Shown here: piece by piece, positions 8,076 through 17,381 of the stretch
How positions within the stretch are numbered: the stretch's first letter is position 1
How the letters are laid out: every line of letters begins with the position of its first letter
Assembly: GCA_964534225.1 (NCBI GenBank)
Contig: CAZHNW010000004.1
Location: 13,135 to 77,134, forward strand
Direction: 5' to 3'
From: an uncultured Leptospirales bacterium
GTDB lineage: Bacteria > Spirochaetota > UBA4802 > UBA5550
DNA length: 64,000 nt
The notes under the pieces: model-generated
What the model was told of the DNA's origin: nothing
The model's database searches: none
What the model saw: only the letters and a program-made list of their open reading frames with translations
Position numbers and translations under genes: made by a program

Positions 8076-10310
8076 ATGAAAAAACAAAGATTACTAATAC
8101 TTTCAGTTGTTATAACAGTGCTGTTTCTGGGGAGCGATTTTTTATCCCACGATTCAAAAGAGTCTGTTTATGCCTGGAACCCGATAGAAACCATTAAAAA
8201 AGGAACAAAGAAAGCAAAAAAGGGTGCCCGCAAGGTAAAGAAGCGAATAAAAGGGGGCGGTAAAAAAATATTCAAAAAGGCAAAAAAGATAAAACGAAAA
8301 TTTGAGGTCACCGCCGGGTGGGACAGGTATATCTATGCCTGGGGAGACCGCAAAATACCTTCTACCGAAAGGTGGACGGCAATACGCACAGTATATAAAA
8401 GAAATAAAAGAGATATGGGTAATTTCTGGGACGTTCCGGGGTCCGGGCGGTCTGTTATCGGTCCGGGGAAAAAACTGCAGTTGTGGGAAATGTCCGCTAA
8501 GTTCCAAAAATATCCCCGTCATGACAGAAGGTATAAGTTTTATCCCCTGTGGGAACTTACAAGAAAAGCCTCAGACATGGGATATTATTTAATCAAAAGT
8601 AAAACAGGTTACTATGTCAGGAATACGGCCCCGAAAAAACCACGGTATAAACAGATATATAAAATTCCCTCTTATAAACGGTTTTACGTTCAATCCGTAA
8701 AGGAATATGGAAAATCAAAAAAAGGGTACTGGGATATCGGCGGCCGTCCCCGAAGCTATAAAAACGGTCAAAAGATCAAAGCCTGGAAAATGTATCCCGG
8801 TGACAGAAAAAATCCGGACAGGTTATACTATTTTCGTCATCTCCATGGTGACTGGTATACTATAAGGTCAGGTCTCAGGGGACGTCATAATGTCGATGTG
8901 GATGGCGGGCGTTTTCGCAATGGCACAAAATTACAGCTCTGGGAAAAGAATCGTTCCTGGGCGCAGAAATTTCGTATGAAGTACCTGGGCAGGGGCAGAT
9001 GGAAAATTTATACCAGGAAAAACTATGTCGTACATTTGCGGGGCCGTAAATCACGTAACGGGACATCCATTGCCCTATGGAAAGATCACAAGGGGCCCTG
9101 GATGGAGTGGGTCCTGGTTCAGCCACGTACCGGCAAGGCTTATATTCCTCGAAAGCGCAGGTATAGAATAAGAAACTACCAGCTTGAACTGGATAATTCT
9201 CGAAATAAATATAAAGATGAAAGTTATCACTGGAAGATTATCAATAAAGGTAAAAACCGCTTTGTCTTTAAATCAAGACTGAACAAAAAGTATATCAGCG
9301 CTTCAGGTAATGCAAAAAAGAATGGATCAAAGCTGACCCTCTCTTCTTCAGCTTATGGTAAATCGCGGTGGGAGTTTATTATCATTGCAAAAAGCAGTGA
9401 GAAAAAAAGCAGGCGTACAATTGCCAAAAAACGCGCAAAAGAAGTACGTAAAGGCCTTAAGAAAGAGGTCAAGCGTTTGAGGCGTATTGTAAAAAAGAAT
9501 GGTTACAAGTTCCGTGTCGGGATTACATCAGTTCTGGATAAGAGTATGGACAGCATCACCGGTTTGATCGAGGACATGGGTACACCTAAAAATGCATTCT
9601 ATATGAAAGATGACACCGCGCCTTCAGATATACCGGCCTCTATTAAAAGAAATGAGAATATGACTGCCTTCAACTGGCGCGATATTGGTAAAATGACAGA
9701 AGTAAAAAGACAGTCTCCCTGTGGCAGCTGCTGGGCCTTTGCAGCCAATGCTGCATACGAGTCAGTCTATAAAATCATTTATAACAAAACAGTTGATCTG
9801 TCAGAACAGTATATACTGGACTGTGCAGAAATAAACAATCGGGACGCGGGAACCTGTAATGGCGGTAACAGTGGTATCGTTTTCAGGTACCTGGAAGAAT
9901 ACAGTAATGTTACAGAAGTTATGACTCCCTACAAGGGGAAAGATGACCGCTGTTATGTAAAAAGAAAAGACCTGCCATACAAGTTAAAAGGCTGGGGATA
10001 TGTTTCTCGAAACAAACCGACGGTAAAAGAGCTTAAAAAAGCCCTTGTTAAGTATGGCCCTTTGAGTTCATCAGTATATGTGACTCAACTTTTTAAAGGT
10101 TATGTCGGCGGTGTATACGAGGAAAGGGATTTAAATATTTCCGCATCGAAATCTAATCACGCCATTGTTCTCGTGGGATGGGACGATAAAAAGCAGGCAT
10201 TTTTAATAAAAAATTCATGGGGAAAACGCTGGGGTGAAAATGGATACATGTGGATAAAATATAACAGTAACAATATAGGAGTTCGTACCCGCTGGATTCG
10301 TATTAAATAG
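8076..10310 (+). CDS. Secreted papain-family (C1A) cysteine peptidase with an N-terminal Lys-rich region and three ricin-B (beta-trefoil, QxW) lectin repeats
   Basis: Signal peptide MKKQRLLILSVVITVLFLG. Trefoil repeats end in QLWE / LQLWEKN / IALWKDH. Catalytic motifs QSPCGSCWAFA (Cys), NHAIVLVGWD (His) and NSWGKRWGENGYMWI (Asn-Trp). A DWR-like motif (NWRDIG) marks the mature N-terminus. Confidence 0.85.
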   Translation: MKKQRLLILSVVITVLFLGSDFLSHDSKESVYAWNPIETIKKGTKKAKKGARKVKKRIKGGGKKIFKKAKKIKRKFEVTAGWDRYIYAWGDRKIPSTERWTAIRTVYKRNKRDMGNFWDVPGSGRSVIGPGKKLQLWEMSAKFQKYPRHDRRYKFYPLWELTRKASDMGYYLIKSKTGYYVRNTAPKKPRYKQIYKIPSYKRFYVQSVKEYGKSKKGYWDIGGRPRSYKNGQKIKAWKMYPGDRKNPDRLYYFRHLHGDWYTIRSGLRGRHNVDVDGGRFRNGTKLQLWEKNRSWAQKFRMKYLGRGRWKIYTRKNYVVHLRGRKSRNGTSIALWKDHKGPWMEWVLVQPRTGKAYIPRKRRYRIRNYQLELDNSRNKYKDESYHWKIINKGKNRFVFKSRLNKKYISASGNAKKNGSKLTLSSSAYGKSRWEFIIIAKSSEKKSRRTIAKKRAKEVRKGLKKEVKRLRRIVKKNGYKFRVGITSVLDKSMDSITGLIEDMGTPKNAFYMKDDTAPSDIPASIKRNENMTAFNWRDIGKMTEVKRQSPCGSCWAFAANAAYESVYKIIYNKTVDLSEQYILDCAEINNRDAGTCNGGNSGIVFRYLEEYSNVTEVMTPYKGKDDRCYVKRKDLPYKLKGWGYVSRNKPTVKELKKALVKYGPLSSSVYVTQLFKGYVGGVYEERDLNISASKSNHAIVLVGWDDKKQAFLIKNSWGKRWGENGYMWIKYNSNNIGVRTRWIRIK

Positions 10311-10334
10311 AATACATAAACCGGTCAGTGACCT

Positions 10335-10874
10335 TTATTTTAGCGCCTTGTCCACGTCGTCATCTATCCCGAGTACGATTTCCTCAACTTCCTCGTAGAC
10401 AGATTTACGCGGAGGCGCTGCCGGGGCTTCGTCCTCCGGGATTTCCTCTTCGGCGGCGGCAACAACTTTGCGGGGCACTTCAAGGTTTTTCAGGTATTCG
10501 AGGCCTGAATCGAGGTTGGCGATGAAATAATGGAGTTTACGGATATACTGGATCAGTTCTTTAAGTTTTTTATTTTTACGGTCGATGATCTCCTGTGAAC
10601 GGGAAACGACCTTCTGAAGGATTTCTGTCTGCTTTTCCAGTTTTTGCTGCAGTTCAAGGGCTGTTTCATAGTATTCTTTATTTACCTTCTGGAAATCAAT
10701 GCGGGCAAGAACAATTTCTCCTTCTTCACGGTCCTTTTCCATTGATTCAATGAGGTCATTGAATTCTTTCGAAGAAAAAAGGTCTTCCGTTGAAGTCTGT
10801 ACCCAGCGTTTCCCCTCTTCGTCGGTAAATTCGGTCAGGTCACTGACAGCAGTTTTTGATTTGTCTTTTTTCAT
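10335..10874 (-). CDS. Acidic coiled-coil hypothetical protein
   Basis: 179-aa ORF that is highly acidic (Glu/Asp-rich termini) with heptad-like segments. No recognisable catalytic motif. Confidence 0.45.
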   Translation of the reverse strand: MKKDKSKTAVSDLTEFTDEEGKRWVQTSTEDLFSSKEFNDLIESMEKDREEGEIVLARIDFQKVNKEYYETALELQQKLEKQTEILQKVVSRSQEIIDRKNKKLKELIQYIRKLHYFIANLDSGLEYLKNLEVPRKVVAAAEEEIPEDEAPAAPPRKSVYEEVEEIVLGIDDDVDKALK

Positions 10875-11252
10875 GTACAGTCTGTTTCGCAGGTCCGTAT
10901 TTTCAGATGTCTCTTTATAATATCGTCAAAATACACTAAATTGTTCATCATTTATTATAACACGATAATGAAGGTGTGTCCTAAAACAAAGTTTTAACTC
11001 TTTTAAAATGTCACTGTTCCCTTCTGTGCAGGTGAATTTTTGTCCCTCGGAATGTCCTCCTTATTTCCCCCGAAGGGGGGAGGTTTTATACATTATAGTT
11101 TAAAACCCCCACCTGGGGTGGCGAGAGGCATATTTTTTTGCAGTCGAAAGTTTCACGAGCCGGGGGGTAAAGTTTTTATGTATAAAGAGAGAGCGTGACA
11201 TTTTAATTGACATATATTATTTCGGCTCAAAAATGGTACACAGGAACAGTTC

Positions 11253-12248
11253 GTGCCTGAAATAATGCATTTTTCACTGTGCATCGCCCCGGCAATAACG
11301 GTAATATACTCTATGAATGCAGAAAAGACAATCAATTCACCACGGGTTCTTGACGAGTTGAGGGGCTGCGGCCGTGTTACCCTGGATGCGCCCCTGTCGG
11401 ATTATACTTCCTTTAAAACAGGGGGCACTGCAGATATTTTTTTTGAACCGAAAGACTGTGCCTGTTTGCGCCAGGTGGTGCGTCTTTCCCGAAGGGAGGG
11501 GCTTCCCCTTACCGTTGTAGGCGGGGGATCAAATATGCTGGTGGGAGACGGCGGTGTCCGCGGTATTGTTCTTTCTGTTTCTGAAAAGGGGCCCGGCTGT
11601 ACCCGTATTGCTGTTAATGACGATGGATTAATCTATGCTGATGCTTCTGTCTCGAAGGAACGTTTTATCCAGTTCGCCCTTGATAACGGGTACGAGGGGG
11701 TTCAGTTCATGGTGGGAATCCCCGGAACTATAGGCGGTGGTATCAGGATGAATGCCGGAACCTTCATGGGATGTTTTGTTGATATCCTGAAAAAAGTCAC
11801 TGTTATTGATGACAGGGGCGAAGTAAAGGATGTTGAAATTTTTCCCGACATGTCTGATTACCGCGAAATGAACCTGGGGGAATACACTGTTGTTACGGGT
11901 GGATACTTTAAACTTCCCCACACCTCCCGTACAGATGAGGTCCGCAAAGAAGTCGAGGCCATCCTCGCTGATCGTAAAATGAAGCATCCCCTTGAATACC
12001 CCTCAGCTGGATCGGTTTTCAAGAACCCGCCGGGGCATTCTTCCTGGGAACTTATAGACCGTGCCGGCCTCAAGGGGTGCCGCGTCGGCGGTGCCATGGT
12101 TTCTGAAAAGCATACTAATTTTGTCATTAACTATAAAGGGGCCACGTCGCAGGATATATGCCATCTCATTGAGCTCATCCAGGAAACAGTCTACCGCAAA
12201 TTTCGCGTCAGACTCGAAACAGAGATAAAAATGACGGGGCAGTTCTAA
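11253..12248 (+). CDS. murB: UDP-N-acetylenolpyruvoylglucosamine reductase MurB (true start probably the internal MNAEKT Met near 11313)
   Basis: FAD-binding motif FKTGGTADIFFEP…VVGGGSNMLVGDGGVRGIVL, C-terminal MurB substrate domain, overall length. Confidence 0.85.
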   Translation: MPEIMHFSLCIAPAITVIYSMNAEKTINSPRVLDELRGCGRVTLDAPLSDYTSFKTGGTADIFFEPKDCACLRQVVRLSRREGLPLTVVGGGSNMLVGDGGVRGIVLSVSEKGPGCTRIAVNDDGLIYADASVSKERFIQFALDNGYEGVQFMVGIPGTIGGGIRMNAGTFMGCFVDILKKVTVIDDRGEVKDVEIFPDMSDYREMNLGEYTVVTGGYFKLPHTSRTDEVRKEVEAILADRKMKHPLEYPSAGSVFKNPPGHSSWELIDRAGLKGCRVGGAMVSEKHTNFVINYKGATSQDICHLIELIQETVYRKFRVRLETEIKMTGQF

Positions 12249-12253
12249 GTGCC

Positions 12254-13090
12254 ATGCTGCCCGACACCACACCCCTCGAAGATGTTACCTTCTGTGCCCT
12301 TGATCTCGAAACGACCGGGGCTAACCCGGCCCTGCACCGCCTTATAGAAATAGGGATGGTCTCTTTCACACTTGATGAGACAGGCCCCTCTTATGGCAGG
12401 CTCGTCAATCCTGAAATGCCCGTTTCTCCCCGGGCATACGATATTCACGGTATCTCATCAACTGAACTTGCCGGTGAACCAGTGGTAAAAGAGATAATGG
12501 GGGAAGTCATATCTTTTCTGAAAGGGAAAATTCTGGTTATTCATAATACCCGCTTTGATCTCTCCTTCATGGCCAGGGCCTGCCGGGAGGCATCACAGTC
12601 CATGCCCGACTTTATGGCACTCGATACGGTGGTTCTCGCCCGGGAGGCCTTTCCCGCAATGGATAATCACCGTCTCGATACACTCTGCCGCAGCCTTGGT
12701 GTTGAGCTCAATCATCACCGGGCTCTTTCCGATGCCACTGCATGCATGCATCTTTTTCGACGCTGCCTTGAAAAACTTGATATCAGTTCTTCTGATTCCC
12801 TTGCACGCCTCTGGCGCAGTCATGGCAGTCCCGTCGGCCCCGGGGAGATTAAAAGACTCTGGCCCGGTAAGAGTACAATTGAGGGGATATGCGAGGGCAG
12901 GGAAGTTGTCATCCATTACCGTGATGCCCGCGGCAGTGTTACAGAACGAAGAATACTGCCGCGGGAAGTTATCAGGTACGGCAGGCAGACCTATCTGCGT
13001 GCCTTCTGTTTTCTCCGTGAAGAAGAACGTGTTTTCAGGGAGTCGCGTATCATGAAAATCGAGGCGGACTCACCACTTCTTTGTCAGTGA
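12254..13090 (+). CDS. DEDDh (DnaQ-like) 3'-5' exonuclease fused to a C-terminal WYL-like domain
   Basis: Exo I motif FCALDLETTG, exo II VIHNTRFDLSF and exo III HRALSDATAC. The C-terminal TERRILPREVIRYGRQTYLRAFCFLREEERVFRESRIMKIE fits the WYL-domain pattern (YL..a.c…R.FR.sRI). The start is 6 nt after the murB stop. Confidence 0.7.
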   Translation: MLPDTTPLEDVTFCALDLETTGANPALHRLIEIGMVSFTLDETGPSYGRLVNPEMPVSPRAYDIHGISSTELAGEPVVKEIMGEVISFLKGKILVIHNTRFDLSFMARACREASQSMPDFMALDTVVLAREAFPAMDNHRLDTLCRSLGVELNHHRALSDATACMHLFRRCLEKLDISSSDSLARLWRSHGSPVGPGEIKRLWPGKSTIEGICEGREVVIHYRDARGSVTERRILPREVIRYGRQTYLRAFCFLREEERVFRESRIMKIEADSPLLCQ

Positions 13091-14671
13091 AAAGTAACCA
13101 TTAAATTGTGTTTTATCTGTTGCCACAAGCCAGTCCTGCCCCAGGTATATGACCGATTCGAACTGGTCGAAGAGGAGAAGCCGAAATGATATCCCCCCAA
13201 TAATGCCTCCATTAAGCCCTGAAAGGTCCCTGCCTGTTGCCCTGAAGATTGTTGCCTCACCGAAAAGTCCCGTATAGATGAAATCCCTGTAGATGGAAAA
13301 GCTGTATTCCAGAGAAACCGCTCCTGTCCTGTTGCTATAGTAGCCCCTTCCCTGGAAGCCTTTAAAAAAATCATTTGATACACGGTATTCGTAAACAAGG
13401 GGAACAGATCCCTCGTTAAGGGAGTAGTTCAGCTTCAGGGAGAGCTGGTCCTGGCGGCTGAGAGCAAAGCCGGCAAGGCCGGTGATCCTGATGCGGTGGA
13501 AAGTGACATGGTCCATGTATGCGTCATAATTTATTGTAAATGATTTATGTGTTGTCTTCCATTTGAAAAAGGGAATGGTTTCGAGAGAAATTTCAGTGTT
13601 GATGATAAAATAATGTTCAGAAGAGGGAATCCCCGGCGGGACCTGTGCATTTTCTTCGGGAATGCTGGTATAATGGTTGATGTATTCATATCCGAAACCC
13701 GCAGAGATGAGAAGTTTTTTCAGAAGAGTGATACCCGGCGCGGCGGTAACACGGTAACGTGTATACCTGAACTGGGCCAGGTCGATGTCAATACGCTCCT
13801 GGTTGGAGTGATAAATTTTGAAACCTGTAACAGGGGTGAAGATTTTTTTCAGCAGGGGAGGAAAACGATATTTCCCCTCGAAATCGAACCAGGTCACTTC
13901 AGGCGGGGTGTCGAATTTAAAGTTAAGGCCGTACATGACTCCGGTTGTGAATTTTGTTTTGAGAGAATCTCCCCTGCCGATGAGGGAGTTATGGTGGTAG
14001 CGAATTTGCGGCATGAATCCGCTGCCCCTGTTTGCCTTGATGCCTATTTTGAATCCATAGTTAGATGGTGTCCCTTTTCTGCCTTTATCGATCATAACTT
14101 CCATGATATAACGGGGGGCATATGTTTCAAGGTAGGGAATGAACTGTGAGATAATTACCGGTATATTCAGGTCACGGTCAATCTGAAAGAATGAACGGTC
14201 ATAGTTTTTTATTTCCCGTAACCTGTAGGAGACATGTTTAAAGCGATATTTTTTTTCCAGGGCTGCCAGTTCACGCTTTACATGGTAACGGTTGAATATT
14301 TTTCCCTCGAGACGAAATTCATAGCGTATCCTGATAAAATCAAGGGTATTGATATTGAGAAAAACGATTTTTCCCAGGCGTCCTTCGTCAATGAAAATAA
14401 CCAGTGCATGTGGGGTGTCATGAACAATATAGGCTGTTACCAGGTCATAACCGCGTGACCGGTAAAACATGCGGATAGCCCGGGCCACTGAGGATGGCTT
14501 CCGTTCCTTTTTGAGGAGACGGGTCAGGCCTGCACCTTCTATAACCTTTTGCTCTTCGAAAATAATGGTTCCCTGGAGGGTGAGTTTTTTGAAAGGAGCA
14601 GACAGGGCTTCTTTATGACAGATGCATAAACAGGCCAAAAGGACGAGTAAGAGAAATGTTTTTCTCTGCAT
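13070..14671 (-). CDS. Omp85-superfamily (BamA/TamA-like) outer-membrane protein
   Basis: Signal peptide MQRKTFLLLVLLACLCIC, an N-terminal POTRA-like region, a long beta-barrel region and a C-terminal aromatic residue (…FSLTKKW). Confidence 0.55.
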   Translation of the reverse strand: MQRKTFLLLVLLACLCICHKEALSAPFKKLTLQGTIIFEEQKVIEGAGLTRLLKKERKPSSVARAIRMFYRSRGYDLVTAYIVHDTPHALVIFIDEGRLGKIVFLNINTLDFIRIRYEFRLEGKIFNRYHVKRELAALEKKYRFKHVSYRLREIKNYDRSFFQIDRDLNIPVIISQFIPYLETYAPRYIMEVMIDKGRKGTPSNYGFKIGIKANRGSGFMPQIRYHHNSLIGRGDSLKTKFTTGVMYGLNFKFDTPPEVTWFDFEGKYRFPPLLKKIFTPVTGFKIYHSNQERIDIDLAQFRYTRYRVTAAPGITLLKKLLISAGFGYEYINHYTSIPEENAQVPPGIPSSEHYFIINTEISLETIPFFKWKTTHKSFTINYDAYMDHVTFHRIRITGLAGFALSRQDQLSLKLNYSLNEGSVPLVYEYRVSNDFFKGFQGRGYYSNRTGAVSLEYSFSIYRDFIYTGLFGEATIFRATGRDLSGLNGGIIGGISFRLLLFDQFESVIYLGQDWLVATDKTQFNGYFSLTKKW

Positions 14672-14958
14672 CAGCAGAAATTTTCTTTGATCGTCTCCAT
14701 CAGGGCTTCAATATTATTGTCTTTAATGGAATAATACATGTAATTCGCTTCCTTGCGGCGGTTGATAATATCAGCCTTGCGCAGGACGGTCAGATGCTGC
14801 GAAATATTTGAAATTGTAGAGCCGAACTGGTGTTCGATTTCACTGACATTTTTTTCACCATCGAGAAGAAAACAGAGAATTTTTAACCTGATGGGGTGAG
14901 CGATGGATTTTAAAATTTCAGTGGCAGTGTCAATCTGGCATTCAGAAAAAAGCATCAT
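14671..14958 (-). CDS. ArsR/SmtB-family winged-HTH transcriptional regulator
   Basis: IAHPIRLKILCFLLDGEKNVSEIEHQFGSTISNISQHLTVLRKADII matches the ArsR HTH. Its TGA stop overlaps the ATG of the Omp85-like gene (cTGATGc). Confidence 0.8.
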   Translation of the reverse strand: MMLFSECQIDTATEILKSIAHPIRLKILCFLLDGEKNVSEIEHQFGSTISNISQHLTVLRKADIINRRKEANYMYYSIKDNNIEALMETIKENFC

Positions 14959-15054
14959 TTGTACCTTTCGCCATGATGGATGTTTTAGTATTAAGGTATT
15001 CTATGAAATGCTGTTTTTCTGTCAATTTTATTATTTTTATTTGCGGGAAAAAAG

Positions 15055-15369
15055 TCAGGCTGTTTTTCGTGCCGGCGTAATGGTGATTTCCGGTGCAAAA
15101 TAATCGATAATGTTGAGCATTACCAGTATACGTTCGGCAGTAAAGGAAACGATCAGTTTTAGAGATCCACCCTGACGAGTCAGGACATGCTTGGTGTGTA
15201 TGAGAAAACCGATAAATGATGAATGAATATTTTCTGTTTCAGAAAGATCAAAGGTTATGATTTTCTCTGAACTGATTCCTTCAAAAAGCTGGCTGTAATT
15301 GGCGACGGCTTCAAAGCTGATGTTTTCCGGAAATATCCAGTGGTTCTTTTGCTGCTGGCTCTGTTTCAT
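15055..15369 (-). CDS. STAS-domain-like protein (anti-sigma-antagonist fold)
   Basis: 104 aa with the pattern ITFDLSETENIHSSFIGFL…LKLI reminiscent of SpoIIAA-like STAS. The assignment is weak. Confidence 0.4.
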   Translation of the reverse strand: MKQSQQQKNHWIFPENISFEAVANYSQLFEGISSEKIITFDLSETENIHSSFIGFLIHTKHVLTRQGGSLKLIVSFTAERILVMLNIIDYFAPEITITPARKTA

Positions 15370-15668
15370 AATTTCAACATCCCTGTTTTTCTTATGACAT
15401 GTAAGGGAGCATCAGTATCCCTCTACTACTATTGTCGTACCTTTCTTGAAATTGGTTAAGAAAAAAATATTTTCGGCGAGGTAATCCTTGATTATTCATG
15501 TCTTGTGAAAACAGTCCAGCTATTCTGAAAATGAAAAAAATAGACTTGAAAAATCACTATGACATTTTTAACTGGATAAGTAAGAATCTACCCGGCACCC
15601 TGTGCAGGTGTCTCCTGTCTGTAGAAAAACTGGCTTTTCAGACAGAAAAGGGGTATTTTACCTGAAGG

Positions 15669-17381
15669 GTGACTGAAAGGATGAAGACACAGGAGAAAGA
15701 TAAAAGAATACTCAAGTCTGACATGGAGCATCTCCAGAAACTTTTTATTATGCCAGACTCACCTGATAAATTTATCGAGTTTGGTACAGAACTTCTGGAT
15801 ATGATTCACAGTTTTTTCCAGGAAAAGGGGGGGATTCACAGTGCCATTTCACTTCCTGACCTGGCAAAATTATTCTCCGATATAAATATTCCCCAGGAAC
15901 CGCATCTTCTTAAAGATGTCCTTGGAGAGATCAAATCTAAGATCATCTCTCATTCCGTGAAGGTGGGTAATCCCTATTATATTGGTCACATGACCAGTGC
16001 TGTTCCCTATTTTATGATTCTCCTCGAAATGATTATCGCCGCCCTGAACCAGAATCAGGTGAAGATCGAATCTGCAAAGGCATCAACCTTTGTTGAGAGG
16101 GAATTTATCTCCTGGATGCATCGACTTGTCTATAATCGTGACCCCAGGTATTATCGTGCCAATATTCAGAACAGGGATATTGCCCTGGGAGCGGCGACAC
16201 TTGACGGTACCCTGGCAAATTTGACGGCACTTATAGTGGCACGCAACAAGGCATTTCCCTCTGATGGACGTTTCCCCGGTATCCGCGAAGCCGGTGTTTA
16301 CGAGGCATTCAGGCATTACGGGGTGTCAAGAGCGGTCATGATTGTTTCAAAGCGCGGCCATTACTCCATCGACAAGGTATCCCGTATCATCGGTATTGGA
16401 GATTCAAATGTTATCAAGGTGCCTGTTGATTGTGACAACAAGGTCGATGTTCAGCGTGTTGAAAAAATCTGTCGTGAAATCCGTACTCATAATGAAAACA
16501 GTGACGAGAAGGTGAAAATTCTCAGTCTCATCGGTATTGCCGGTACTACTGAGACGGGAAATATTGATAATCTGACTGAACTGCGTCGTATTGCTGATGA
16601 TCATAAAACACATTTTCATGTCGATGCCGCCTGGGGCGGTTCTGTGCTCCTTGTAGACGAGTATCGTTATCTTTTCAAGGGTATCGAAAAGGCTGATTCT
16701 GTCTGCCTCGATGCTCACAAGCTTCTCTATTCACCGGTATCAATGGGCGTGGTTCTTTTTCGCAGAAAAGAAGAGATCAATCATTTAAAACATTCCGCCA
16801 ATTATATCATACGTCCCGATTCTGTCGACCTGGGGCGTTTCAATATTGAGGGGTCCCGCGCTTTTTCAGCCCTCAAGCCCTGGACAACGATAAAGATTCT
16901 CGGCAGGGACGGGTTCAAACTTCTCTTTGAACATGCCAACGAGCTTTCTTCGGTGCTGCGGGGCCTTGTGGAGATGCACTGTAACTTTGAGCCCATGAAC
17001 CAGCCTGAACTTTTTATTTTTAATTACCGTTTTACTCCCAAGAAGGTGCGCGAAAAACTTGAGAAAATTCTTTTGAGGATTCGTGGCGTCGATCCCAAAA
17101 TAGCGGTAAAGCAGATTGCCCGCATTGAACAGATAAACGCTGTCCTTAATGAGTTGAATATTGAACTGCACAAAGCCCTTCGTGAAGAAGATGACAGTTT
17201 TGTTTCCCGAACTATGCTTGACTCTCCGCGCTATTTCTACCAGAATGTGGTCATACTCAGGGCGGTCACGATAAATCCTTTGACGACCCCTGAAATTCTA
17301 AAAGAAATAATTGAACAACAGGACCGACTCGGTGTTAAAATTTACAGGACAGAGTTTAAAAACCGCTTTGACCGGCTTTAA
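15669..17381 (+). CDS. PLP-dependent group II amino-acid decarboxylase (diaminobutyrate/tyrosine decarboxylase-like)
   Basis: Pyridoxal-dependent decarboxylase core: GIAGTTETGNIDNL, HFHVDAAWGG, and PLP-Lys motif DSVCLDAHKLLYSPVSMG. Confidence 0.8.
   Translation: MTERMKTQEKDKRILKSDMEHLQKLFIMPDSPDKFIEFGTELLDMIHSFFQEKGGIHSAISLPDLAKLFSDINIPQEPHLLKDVLGEIKSKIISHSVKVGNPYYIGHMTSAVPYFMILLEMIIAALNQNQVKIESAKASTFVEREFISWMHRLVYNRDPRYYRANIQNRDIALGAATLDGTLANLTALIVARNKAFPSDGRFPGIREAGVYEAFRHYGVSRAVMIVSKRGHYSIDKVSRIIGIGDSNVIKVPVDCDNKVDVQRVEKICREIRTHNENSDEKVKILSLIGIAGTTETGNIDNLTELRRIADDHKTHFHVDAAWGGSVLLVDEYRYLFKGIEKADSVCLDAHKLLYSPVSMGVVLFRRKEEINHLKHSANYIIRPDSVDLGRFNIEGSRAFSALKPWTTIKILGRDGFKLLFEHANELSSVLRGLVEMHCNFEPMNQPELFIFNYRFTPKKVREKLEKILLRIRGVDPKIAVKQIARIEQINAVLNELNIELHKALREEDDSFVSRTMLDSPRYFYQNVVILRAVTINPLTTPEILKEIIEQQDRLGVKIYRTEFKNRFDRL

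Noticed and set aside
12555-13055. 166-aa plus-strand ORF in an alternative frame within the exonuclease-WYL gene
   Set aside because: It overlaps in-strand with a frame that carries the DEDDh motifs. Pro/Ser/Ala-rich composition of an off-frame.
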